Shown here in pieces: positions 27,716 to 39,900 of a stretch of 64,000 nucleotides of DNA. The DNA lies in contig NC_086376.1 of assembly GCF_036588685.1 (NCBI RefSeq), positions 90,995,630 through 91,059,629 on the forward strand. The letters run 5' to 3'. Source of the DNA: Mytilus trossulus. Its lineage: Eukaryota. Numbering within the stretch: the stretch's first letter is position 1; the number at the start of each line of letters is the position of its first letter. A model generated the notes under the pieces. It worked only from the letters and a program-made list of their open reading frames with translations. It ran no database searches and had not been told where the DNA came from. Made by a program: the position numbers and the translations under genes.

Positions 27716-29074
27716 TCAAACGAATGAATAACAACTGTCATATTGCTGACTTGGTACAAAACTTACATAATCGAACCCGTGTTACATACGAAACAGGATG
27801 GGGTAACTGGTCCGCAGCATCAGTGAGACCACCGATATATGGTTGAATTAGTGTTGCTAATTCTTTAGTTTTTCTATGTTCTGTTTTGTATACTTTTTTG
27901 TTGTTGTTTTTTCGAAAGGGCTTGTCAGCTTATTTAAGACTTATGAGTTTGGATGCCCCTTTATCTTTTTCTTCTCTTTTTAAACACACACAGCTCTACT
28001 TTACTTTGTAATGAGGATGAACATTCCCATAAATATTTGTTTCCTGCGTGACTTTTCATGTAAATTACATGAATTGAGAATAGATAGCAATTTTCTAATA
28101 TACCAGCACACAAAAATAACCTTACTTGTAAATTCAATGAAAAAGATCTATTAAGAACTGTCAAAATGTATACCAACACACCAGTAAAACCCTTATTGTA
28201 AAATACATAAATTAGGATCTACAAGCAATTGTGAAGACAAAGATAAGTATATCAAAAATATGTATTATTATTTCATAGTTAAAAGTAAATTAAGACAAAT
28301 ACTTTACTCCGAGGAAAATTTAAAAATATTGGTCCCTATTTAACGGCAAAATCAGAGGTTCAAACACATCAAGTACTAAAGGGGGTCATCAACAGAGATG
28401 AGTGTTAGTATGACAAGTAAATTCTAACTTGCTAGAAATGAAATATTTTCATGTTATTTTGGGTATATTTAGATAAACCTTCATAATTAATTTCTTAAAC
28501 TCAAAAATTAAAAGCCGAATATAACGAATAAACACTGCCAAAGTTAAAATTCTAAAATGCTAGACTTGACCATATTGAAATTTGTTTTTAGTAGTATATT
28601 CTTATAAGCACGTACACCAGCGCATTTGGCATTCCATAAAACAATTTGAAGACATATTAGAAGTGATAATTTGACATTTATACTAAAGTGTAAAGTGCGT
28701 TTCTTGCTTGAAACGTGTTATTTTAATAAATTATGTCTCAGTGACACAATTTATCTAAGATACATAGAAACGTTTTATTTTAATGTTTTTAAGTCTCAGT
28801 GACACACTTTATTTAATATACTTATATAGAAATGTAATGTACAGATGACGACCCAAAAGTTGAAATTGTCGTCTTTTTTTGTTTTTAACTTGACCTACCG
28901 ATTTAAACTTTTCAATGGGTTGGTACTTATATGAGCAACACGACAGGTGTCTTATGCGAAGCAGGATTGGTATAATCTTCCAAAGCACCAGTGAGACTCC
29001 AGATGAATGTTGAGGTCCGTGTTGCTCAACCTTATGTTTTCTATGATGTGTTTTATAAACGCCTGTTTATTATT

Positions 29075-29482
29075 TTATTTCAGACGTATTAGAATGTACC
29101 TTTTATATATTTTGCTTTTCTTTTTCAACATACAAGGCTTCACTGTGGCTTTGTGAGAAGAATTATCAATAGCATGAATATTTTGTTTCCTCATAGTTTC
29201 GCATCCCTGATTTTTCAAATGTTTAGGTTTGAACTTCTTTGAGCCTTCTGAATTAGACCTTCTGCTTACTTTTTCAGAGTGACTTTGAGAACCCGATATC
29301 TGGTTGGGTTCTTGTCTCTCATCTTTGGTTTTCAATGTTGCTTTTTGTAAACTTTCAGCGTAAAGACTTATGGATTTGACTGTCCATATGGTATTTTTAG
29401 TTTCTCCTTTTATAATTTTAAAATAAGACCTCAATGTTTTGTCAAGTTGCTGACAAAAAACATCAATATTTGTTCTCTTCAT
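29075..29482 (-). CDS. Orphan 135-codon K/S-rich ORF, possible exon of unknown product
   Basis: One of the longest non-repeat ORFs, with an ATG start, hydrophilic composition and candidate donors (gtatgt ~29132, AAG|gtacat ~29099). I recognise no domain. Confidence 0.25.
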   Translation of the reverse strand: MKRTNIDVFCQQLDKTLRSYFKIIKGETKNTIWTVKSISLYAESLQKATLKTKDERQEPNQISGSQSHSEKVSRRSNSEGSKKFKPKHLKNQGCETMRKQNIHAIDNSSHKATVKPCMLKKKSKIYKRYILIRLK

Positions 29483-30284
29483 GATTCCGTCAATTTACTA
29501 ATCCCTAACGTTACAGTATATATAAGCATCCAGGTTTTCAAGTAATGAAATTGAACGTTCCTTGATGACGTATCAGAAAGGGCGCATCAAATGCACACAA
29601 TTTTAAAGGTGTTTTCATTCATTTACTAGCACACGGTCGATACTGCTGAAAGTGGACTGTGAGTAGCCAAGACATCCTCAGCTGTGTCGTTAGTCATGTT
29701 AGTATAGTTAAATAAGTTTGTCATAGATGACAGTGTATATTATTATCAGTAGAATACACAATTCAATACATCGGTTTGTTATGACCATTATTGCATTCTT
29801 CTTACTTTGCTTATGACATGAACGAATGCAACTTTTCTTGAATTTTTGCTTTTGTTAAATTGAGACGCAAAAGGATTGAAAAAGAGCCAACCCAATATTC
29901 AATGTCATTTTGTACTGTTGAAAATGTTTTCGGTCCTTTTGTACTTTATGTGTTTCTCTTTCGATCAAGGAATCGTCTGTCAACTCCTTGTCACATATTT
30001 GTATTGCTCTTTTATGTTACATTTTCATCCAATGTATGCTTCTCTATATCATTCAGTGTACACATACTGTATATTTGTGAAAGCCACACAAATAACGAGC
30101 AATGGGAATGAGAATCTTAAGATACCCATTAATGCTTTTTTTCTCAACTTAAGATTCAACAACATCTAAAGGTTTTTGTTTTAATTGACTGATAGTTTCA
30201 CTCCTCTTGCCATTCCTAAATCTATTGTCTTGTATAGTCTTTCCTTTTACAAGCCAAAAACCGTTGCAAAAATAAAATTTTGAT

Positions 30285-30445
30285 ACTGATATCTATGATG
30301 TGTTTACAACCACCGGGTCGATGTCACTGTTGGTGGAGTTTGTATTTCCCGCGGATATCACCGAGCCAGTAGTTAGCACTTGTATGTGTTCACATGAATT
30401 ATCATTGATATGGTCATAATGATTAATTTACTGTTATAAAACATG
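30285..30445 (+). mobile_element. Downstream continuation of the hammerhead family 1A unit
   Basis: Begins atctatgatgtgtttacaaccac, overlapping the end of the 13122 copy (tatgatgagtttatttacaaccac on minus). It continues gggtcgatgtcactgttggtggag...atcaccgagccagtag; a related tract lies at 29633-29700. Confidence 0.55.
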
Positions 30446-31200
30446 TGCTTTGTGAGTTGAGAAACAGACACATGGAATGGGTCAACAAAGTAGCGGACCT
30501 GCAGAGGATACCAAACCAATATTCACACTAATAAGTCGCAGACACATTGACAAAGTCTTGACAATGAAAAGACAATATATATATATACATGTATTAAAAC
30601 TTAAGATTGTGCAAAACAAACCCTAGCAACTTATTGAGGTGATGGCAGGTGGTCAGGAATGCGTATTCGGACGATCTTGCTCAACTTGTCATTCGTTGTG
30701 TTGCTGATATAAGAACACAGTTACTTCATACAACTAATTCAGTTAAATGGCATTGAAAAAAGAGGATGATGGATTGAAGTTATATATCATATATCAACAA
30801 TATCGTATCACAGGGAGATACATGTATGAAACTCCATACTAATGTGCAGCTTGTAAGTTGTTTCTTAGAAAAGAAAAGTTTACAATTGGAAAGCTGAAAT
30901 TCTCATTTTTTTTGTAAAGTTTTGTATTCAACTGACACGCATTGTCAATTCTTAATGCAAGTTATGACGTAAGCTAGATATAGGGAAACGGGGTATTAAT
31001 GCTAATGAGACAACTCGCAATCCAAATAACATTTTATAAAAGTAAACATTACAGGTCTATGTACGACCTTCAACACGGAACCTTGGCTCACAACGAACAA
31101 AAAGCTATAAAGGACCCCAAAATAACTTGTGTAAAACCATTCAAATGGGAAAAACAACGGTCCAATCTTTATAAAAAACGAGAAACGAGAAACACGTATA

Positions 31201-31408
31201 CTGTGAATTCATTATTATTCGTTGGATACCAATTTTTGTGGATTTCATTGGAACAGGTGAACCACGAAACTAAATGTTCAACGAATTTCAAATTTTCTAT
31301 ATGCTTGTATGCAGGTTTCACCTAAACCACAAAATTAAATATCCACGAACATGTAAGTTTTCCTCAATTCACGGAAATTGGTACCCACGAAAATAGACGA
31401 ATCCACAG
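31201..31408. mobile_element. MITE with TA target duplication (Tc1/mariner-type)
   Basis: TIRs ctgtgaattc / gaatccacag are flanked by TA at 31199-31200 and 31409-31410. The empty site cacgtaTAaatta is visible in the paralogue at ~42329-42341 (reverse complement). Confidence 0.85.
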
Positions 31409-31474
31409 TAAATTATATAAACAAACGACAGCTACTGTACACAGTTATCAAAGGTACCAGGATTATAATTTAGT

Positions 31475-31518
31475 ACGCCGGACGCGCGTTTCGCCTACAT
31501 AAGACTCATCAGTGACGC
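31475..31518 (-). ncRNA. Minimal type I hammerhead ribozyme (family 1B), intact core, GUC
   Basis: gcgtca-CTGATGA-gtct tatgt aggc-GAAA-cgcgcg-TC-cggcgt; one mismatch at the first pair of stem I. Confidence 0.8.
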
Positions 31519-32074
31519 TCATATCAAAATATTTATAAAGCCAAACAAGTACAATGAAGAGCATTGAGGATCCAAAAATTCCAAAAAGTTGTCCCAAATA
31601 CGGCTAAGGTACATCAGATTCCTGACTTAGAACAGGTGCAAACATTTGCAAAACTTTATCTGTTGTATCCTACATTGCAAATTCGATGTGTTCAGCACAG
31701 TCACCAAACATTGAATTATTTATTGAGAAGGGAAAAAACAAAGAGTCGGAACACCTGACACTAATTCCTTAAATCTGACCTAACACATCCTTTAAATGTC
31801 TACTTTACCATTTTTTTTTATTTGAACATACTGTTGCGTTAATTCATTGACAAACAATTTTTAAGGAATGAAAAGTTCACTTAAAGTTTGTAATAGATAA
31901 AAGCTCTTTGAAATGTTAGAAATGACGATTTCCAATGTAATATTAATGTCATTTTAGCACTTAATTTATATTTCATTAAAAACAAATCTAATCAATAAAC
32001 CATATATATTGAGAAAACTTGTTTTATTCAAAGAAATAAAATGTTATCAATTCGATATTCAAAACAGGCGAGAC

Positions 32075-32855
32075 AATTAATATAGGATTAAACACATTTT
32101 TTCTAGAGGTTATTGATGTGTAAACCGGGGCGGTTAACTCACAAACTGAATAAAAGTCCGAAGGACTTTTATGTCAAGTTTGTGAGTTAGAGACCCGGTT
32201 TACACATCAATAACCTCTAGAAAAAATGTGTTTAATCCTTATAATTCTTCAGCCAAACATACGCGATTATTAATTTACATTATTACTTTGATGGCTACTA
32301 TATGTACCATCAGAAGCACAATGGCATGTCGTAACCAAGGAGTACGCCGCCATCTTGACTTTCTAAAAATTTAAATGTTCTATAAATGCAACAGATACTA
32401 AAATGAACTAGCACCTACCTCGAAAACTTCATTTTAATTAGATACTATCCGAATTTGAAGCGTACAAGTAACGAAATAATCTTCCGTCTGGAAGTTTTCA
32501 ATCGTATGACGCCGTGTTTTGCCATGACGTAAATTCGCCAAATTATTCGTGAAATTTCCCGGAATTTTATTCAAATTTTATTTTTATACATTTTCGAAGC
32601 TTAAGTGCATTTATTGTATTTCTTCTTTTTTTTTTAATTATATATGCATTAGAATAGAAACAACTGTTATGCAATTGTTTTATAATCTCAACTTGCTGAA
32701 GATCCCAGTATCCCTACAAGAATGTGTATCGCGCATGAATAGCTTACAAAAGTAGTTTCGGAAACATGGTTTATCGAAGTGTAAACCAAGAGAAAAATTC
32801 TACTTGACCAATGCAATTCAAGTATTTATAGATATGCAAATGATATAAGAATTAT
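32075..32855 (+). mobile_element. Non-autonomous element with 156-bp 5' hairpin (unclassified)
   Basis: Perfect 46-bp arms 32084-32129 and 32194-32239, plus inner stems closing on a cGAAg loop. A partial arm copy lies at ~32768-32787. Terminal aagaattat (32847-32855) is complementary to ataattctt (32241-32249). Confidence 0.7.
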
Positions 32856-33999
32856 CTCCGTTTAAATACCTGACCGGCGAGAAGATTGACTCAACGGTAG
32901 TTAACCCGAGTACAATAAAAAAAAAAAGTAACACTAAACTCATTTAAAGAATGCGTTATGGAACATTTTACTAGAAAGAGATTATCTTAGTTGTATTTGT
33001 CAAAACTATTTGGTAATTTGTGTCTTCAACTTTATGCTGCTTTAAAACATTTCCTATTCAATCGTCACTACAAAATTATTTACGCCTGGTATCATTGATA
33101 ATATCGATTAGCCTGCTCCACAAATATCTAGGCAGTCTGTTTAAATCTAAAAAAAACAGGAATTTGATTAAGCAACGAATCTTAATATATCACCACAAGC
33201 ATCAAATCATATTATCACAGTTACACTGCAACTTCGTCAGTCCACATTAAACAATATGGCTACCATTGCAAAGATCCCGCACGAAAATAAGGAAAACCTA
33301 TATGGTTCCAAATGATAAATAGTAGGGCAAAGACTCGTGTGAAAAATGCAAGTCATATATTTGTATAATGCTGAAATAATCGTTTTTAAATATATGCCCA
33401 TTATAGAAATCAAATTTCTTAAGGTGTGAAGTAAAATTCTGAATCATAAAACAATAATAAAATAAGTACAATTTTGTAACAGCTGCTCATGCCTTTATTG
33501 TAACCAACACTAAAGCATTGTGAACAACAATATATTATATAACAACCGTTGCTTATTAATTTTGACAATCCTACTTTTTGTTTTTTCCCATTGTTAAGGT
33601 GTATTTTTTTCCCATTTTCTATAAATGTATTCTTAATATCAATTCATTAATATATAGTTTCATCCAATCAGGGTAAAGAAACGTAATTGTGTAAAAATGG
33701 TTTTAGATATTTTTCAGTTTATTTAATTTTTGTTCAAAATTAAACAAAATTTAAACATCTTGCAAAATTTACAACTTTATATGCACCTTTCATTATCTAA
33801 CATATTAATGACTTACTTGATATTGAAGCAATACAACTTGAGTTACTTCCTTTACATTATATAATTTTTATACAATCCGACAAATGTAGATTTTTCTAAA
33901 CGCTTATAATTGCAGACAATCGTCACCTGTTTTGTCACTCTAGGATAAAAAGGCAAAGAAGTACATATAAAGTTTTTATATGAAGTATCTTTAAGAAAA

Positions 34000-36900
34000 T
34001 CAAGTGGTGAATTTGAATCATCCTTTTGTAAATATTACGAACGCCATTATTAGTTGGTTGATCGGTATAGAATATCCGTTCCAATGATGACAGTATATGT
34101 TCCTATTGTCGTAACTACAACCACATTCTCTTTTCCAAGAATGTGACTTAACGAACTAGACTTATCACCGGGTTTGAACTTATATGATCAACACAAACTA
34201 TGTTACATGTGGAGCAGGAACTACTTACCTTTTTAAAGCACCTAAGATCACTCAAGCTTTTGGAGGTATCGTGTTGCTCAGTCTTTCCTTTTCTATGTTG
34301 TGTTTTACCTTTCTGGAGCACCTGAAACCACTCAAGCTTTGGAAGGTATCGTGTTGCTCAGCCTATCCTTTTCTGTGTTGTGTTTTACCTTTCTGGAGCA
34401 CCTGAAACCACTCAAGCTTTGGAAGGTATCGTGTTGCTCAGCCTATCCTTTTCTGTGTTGTGTTTTACCTTTCTGGAGCACCTGAAACCACTCAAGCTTT
34501 GGAAGGTATCGTGTTGCTCAGCCTATCCTTTTCTGTGTTGTGTTTTACCTTACTGGAGCACCTGAGATCACCCAAGCTTTGGGAGGTATCGTGTTGCTCA
34601 GTCTTTCCTTTTCTATGTTGTGTTTTACCTTTCTGGAGCACCTGAGACCACTCAAGCTTTGGAAGGTATCGTGTTGCTCAGTCTTTCCTTTTCTATGTTG
34701 TGTTTTACCTTTCTGGAGCACCTGATATCACCCAAGCTTTGGAAGGTATCGTGTTGCTCAGTCTTTCCTTTTCTATGTTGTGTTTTACCTTTCTGGAGCA
34801 CCTGAAACCACTCAAGCTTTTGGAGGTATCGTGTTGCTCAGTCTTTTCTTTTCTATGTTGTGTTTTACCTTTCTGGAGCACCTGAAACCACGCAAGCTTT
34901 TGGAGGTATCGTGTTGCTCAGTCTTTCCTTTTCTATGTTGTGTTTTACCTTTCTGGAGCACCTGAAACCACTCAAGCTTTTGGAGGTATCGTGTTGCTCA
35001 GTCTTTCCTTTTCTATGTTATGTTTTACCTTTCTGGAGCACCTGAAACCACTCAAGCTTTGGGAGGTATAGTGTTGCTCAGTCTTTCCTTTTCTATGTTG
35101 TGTTTTACCTTACTGGAGCACCTGAGATCACCCTAGCTTTGGGAGGTATCGTGTTGCTCAGTCTATCCTTTTCTATGTTGTGTTTTACCTTACTGGAGCA
35201 CCTGAGATCACCCTTGCTTTGGGAGGTATCGTGTTGCTCAGTCTATCCTTTTCTATGTCGTGTTTTACCTTACTGGAGCACCTGAGATCACCCTAGCTTT
35301 GGAAGGTATCGTGTTGCTCAGTCTTTCCTTTTCTATGTTGTGTTTTACCTTACTGGAGCACCTGAGATCACCCTAGCTTTGGGAGGTATCGTGTTGCTCA
35401 GTCTATCCTTTTCTATGTTGTGTTTTACCTTTCTGGAGCACCTGAGATCACCCTAGCTTTGGGAGGTATCGTGTTGCTCAGTCTATCCTTTTCTATGTCG
35501 TGTTTTACCTTACTGGAGCACCTGAGATCACCCTAGCTTTGGAAGGTATCGTGTTGCTCAGTCTTTCCTTTTCTATGTTGTGTTTTACCTTACTGGAGCA
35601 CCTGAGATCACCCTAGCTTTGGGAGGTATCGTGTTGCTCAGTCTATCCTTTTCTATGTTGTGTTTTACCTTACTGGAGCACCTGAGATCACCCTAGCTTT
35701 GGGAGGTATCGTGTTGCTCAGTCTATCCTTTTCTATGTTGTGTTTTACCTTACTGGAGCACCTGAGATCACCCTAGCTTTGGAAGGTATCGTGTTGCTCA
35801 GTCTTTCCTTTTCTATGTTGTGTTTTACCTTACTGGAGCACCTGAGATCACCCTAGCTTTGGGAGGTATCGTGTTGCTCAGTCTATCCTTTTCTATGTTG
35901 TGTTTTACCTTTCTGGAGCACCTGAAACCACTCAAGCTTTTGGAGGTATCGTGTTGCTCAGTCTTTCCTTTTCTTTGTTGTGTTTTACCTTTCTGGAGCA
36001 CCTGAGACCACTCAAGCTTTGGAAGGTATCGTGTTGCTCAGTCTTTCCTTTTCTATGTTGTGTTTTACCTTTCTGGAGCACCTGAAACCACTCAAGCTTT
36101 GGAAGGTATCGTGTTGCTCAGTCTTTCCTTTTCTATGTTGTATTTTACCTTACTGGAGCACCTGAGATCACCCAAGCTTTGGGAGGTATCGTGTTGCTCA
36201 GTCTTTCCTTTTCTATGTTGTGTTTTACCTTTCTGGAGCACCTGAGACCACTCAAGCTTTTGGAGGTATCGTGTTGCTCAGTCTTTCCTTTTCTATGTTG
36301 TATTTTACCTTTCTTGAGCACCTAAAACTACTCAAGCTTTTGGAGGTATCGTGTTGCTCAGTCTTTCCTTTTCTATGTTGTGTTTTACCTTTCTGGAGCA
36401 CCTGAGATCACCCTAGCTTTGGAAGGTATCGTGTTGCTCAGTCTTTCCTTTTCTATGTTGTGTTTTACCTTTCTGGAGCACCTGAGACCACCCAAGCTTT
36501 GGAAGGTATCGTGTTGCTCAGTCTTTCCTTTTCTATGTTGTGTTTTACCTTACTGGAGCACCTGAGATCACCCAAGCTTTGGAAGGTATCGTGTTGCTCA
36601 GTCTTTCCTTTTCTATGTTGTGTTTTACCTTTCTGGAGCACCTGAGACCACTCAAGCTTTTGGAGGTATCGTGTTGCTCAGTCTTTCCTTTTCTATGTTG
36701 TATTTTACCTTTCTGGAGCACCTGAAACCACTCAAGCTTTTGGAGGTATCGTGTTTCTCAGTCTTTCCTTTTCTATGTTGTATTTTACCTTTCTGGAGCA
36801 CCTGAGATCACCCTAGCTTTGGAAGGTATCGTGTTGCTCAGTCTTTCCTTTTCTATGTTGTGTTTTACCTTTCTGGAGCACCTGAGACCACCCAAGCTTT

Positions 36901-39900
36901 GGAAGGTATCGTGTTGCTCAGCCTATCCTTTTCTGTGTTGTGTTTTACCTTTCTGGAGCACCTGAAACCACTCAAGCTTTGGAAGGTATCGTGTTGCTCA
37001 GCCTATCCTTTTCTGTGTGTGTTTTACCTTTCTGGAGCACCTGAAACCACTCAAGCTTTGGAAGGTATCGTGTTGCTCAGCCTATCCTTTTCTGTGTTGT
37101 GTTTCACCTTTCTGGAGCACCTGAGATCACCCAAGCTTTGGAAGGTATCGTGTTGCTCAGTCTTTCCTTTTCTATGTTGTGTTTTACCTTTCTGGAGCAC
37201 CTGAAACCACTCAAGCTTTTGGAGGTATCGTGTTGCTCAGTCTTTCCTTTTCTTTGTTGTGTTTTACCTTTCTGGAGCACCTGAGACCACTAAAGCTTTG
37301 GAAGGTATCGTGTTGCTCAGTCTTTCCTTTTCTATGTTGTGTTTTACCTTTCTGGAGCACCTGAGATCACCCAAGCTTTGGAAGGTATCGTGTTGCTCAG
37401 TCTTTCCTTTTCTATGTTGTGTTTTACCTTTCTGGAGCACCTGAAACCACTCAAGCTTTTGGAGGTATCGTGTTGCTCAGTCTTTTCTTTTCTATGTTGT
37501 GTTTTACCTTTCTGGAGCACCTGAAACCACGCAAGCTTTTGGAGGTATCGTGTTGCTCAGTCTTTCCTTTTCTATGTTATGTTCTACCTTTCTGGAGCAC
37601 CTGAAACCACTCAAGCTTTGGGAGGTATAGTGTTGCTCAGTCTTTCCTTTTCTATGTTGTGTTTTACCTTACTGGAGCACCTGAGATCACCCTAGCTTTG
37701 GGAGGTATCGTGTTGCTCAGTCTATCCTTTTCTATGTTGTGTTTTACCTTACTGGAGCACCTGAGATCACCCTTGCTTTGGGAGGTATCGTGTTGCTCAG
37801 TCTATCCTTTTCTATGTCGTGTTTTACCTTACTGGAGCACCTGAGATCACCCTAGCTTTGGAAGGTATCGTGTTGCTCAGTCTTTCCTTTTCTATGTTGT
37901 GTTTTACCTTACTGGAGCACCTGAGATCACCCTAGCTTTGGGAGGTATCGTGTTGCTCAGTCTATCCTTTTCTATGTTGTGTTTTACCTTTCTGGAGCAC
38001 CTGAGACCACTCAAGCTTTGGGAGGTATCGTGTTGCTAAGTTTTTCCTTTTCTATGTTGAGTATTACCTTTCTGGAGCACCTGAGACCACTCAAGCTTTG
38101 GGAGGTATCGTGTTGCTCAGTCTTTCCTTTTCTATGTTGTGTTTTACCTTACTGGAGCACCTGAGATCACCCTAGCTTTGGGAGGTATCGTGTTGCTCAG
38201 TCTATCCTTTTCTATGTTGTGTTTTACCTTACTGGAGCACCTGAGATCACCCTAGCTTTGGGAGGTATCGTGTTGCTCAGTCTATCCTTTTCTATGTTGT
38301 GTTTTACCTTACTGGAGCACCTGAGATCACCCTAGCTTTGGAAGGTATCGTGTTGCTCAGTCTTTCCTTTTCTATGTTGTGTTTTACCTTACTGGAGCAC
38401 CTGAGATCACCCTAGCTTTGGGAGGTATCGTGTTGCTCAGTCTATCCTTTTCTATGTTGTGTTTTACCTTTCTGGAGCACCTGAGACCACTCAAGCTTTG
38501 GGAGGTATCGTGTTGCTCAGTCTTTCCTTTTCTATGTTGAGTTTTACCTTTCTGGAGCACCTGAGACCACTCAAGCTTTGGGAGGTATCGTGTTGCTCAG
38601 TCTTTCCTTTTCTATGTTGTGTTTTACCTTACTGGAGCACCTGAAACCACTCAAGCTTTGGAAGGTATCGTGTTGCTCAGTCTTTCCTTTTCTATGTTGT
38701 GTTTTACCTTTCTGGAGCACCTGAGATCACTCAAGCTTTGGAAGGTATCGTGTTGCTCAGTCTTTCCTTTTCTATGTTTATGTTTTACCTTTCTGGAGCA
38801 CCTGAGACCATTCAAGCTTTGGGAGGTATCGTGTTGCTCAGTCTTTCCTTTTCTATGTTGTGTTTTACCTTACTGGAGCACCTGAAACCACTCAAGCTTT
38901 GGAAGGTATCGTGTTGCTCAGTCTTTCCTTTTCTATGTTGTGTTTTACCTTTCTGGAGCACCTGAGATCACCCTAGCTTTGGAAGGTATCGTGTTGCTCA
39001 GTCTTTCCTTTTCTATGTTGTGTTTTACCTTTCTGGAGCACCTGAGATCACTCTAGCTTTGGAAGGTATCGTATTGCTCAGTCTTTCCTTTTCTATGTTG
39101 TGTTTTACCTTTCTGGAGCACCTGAAACCACTCAAGCTTTGGAAGGTATCGTGTTGCTCAGTCTTTCCTTTTCTGTGTTGTGTTTTACCTTTCTGGAGCA
39201 CCTGAGATCACCCAAGCTTTGGAAGGTATCGTGTTGCTCAGTCTTTCCTTTTCTATGTTGTGTTTCACCTTTCTGGAGCACCTGAGACCACTCAAGCTTT
39301 TGGAGGTATCGTGTTGCTCAGTCTTTCCTTTTCTATGTTGTGTTTTACCTTACTGGAGCACCTGAGACCACTCAAGCTTTGGAAGGTATCGTGTTGCTCA
39401 GCCTATCCTTTTCTATGTTGTGTTTTACCTTTCTGGAGCACCTGAAACCACTCAAGCTTTGGAAGGTATCGTGTTGCTCAGTCTTTCCTTTTCTATGTTG
39501 TGTTTTACCTTTTTGGAGCACCTGAGATCACCCTAGCTTTGGGAGGTATCGTGTTGCTCAGTCTTTCCTTTTCTATGTTGTGTTTTACCTTTCTGGAGCA
39601 CCTGAAACCACTCAAGCTTTGGAAGGTATCGTGTTGCTCAGTCTTTCCTTTTCTATGTTGTGTTTTACCTTTCTGGAGCACCTGAGATCACTCAAGCGTT
39701 GGGAGGTATCGTGTTGCTCAGTCTTTCCTTTTCTATGTTGTGTTTTACCTTTCTGGAGCACCTGAGATCACCCTAGCTTTGGGAGGTATCGTGTTGCTCA
39801 GTCTTTCCTTTTCTATGTTGTGTTTTACCTTTCTGGAGCACCTGAGATCACTCAAGCTTTGGAAGGTATCGTGTTGCTCAGTCTTTCCTTTTCTATGTTG

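Larger units (their letters stand above)
30975..31650 (-). mobile_element. Family C dispersed repeat interrupted by a MITE and a hammerhead element
   Basis: Reverse complement of ~42265-42562 once 31201-31410 and ~31442-31610 are removed. Confidence 0.85.
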
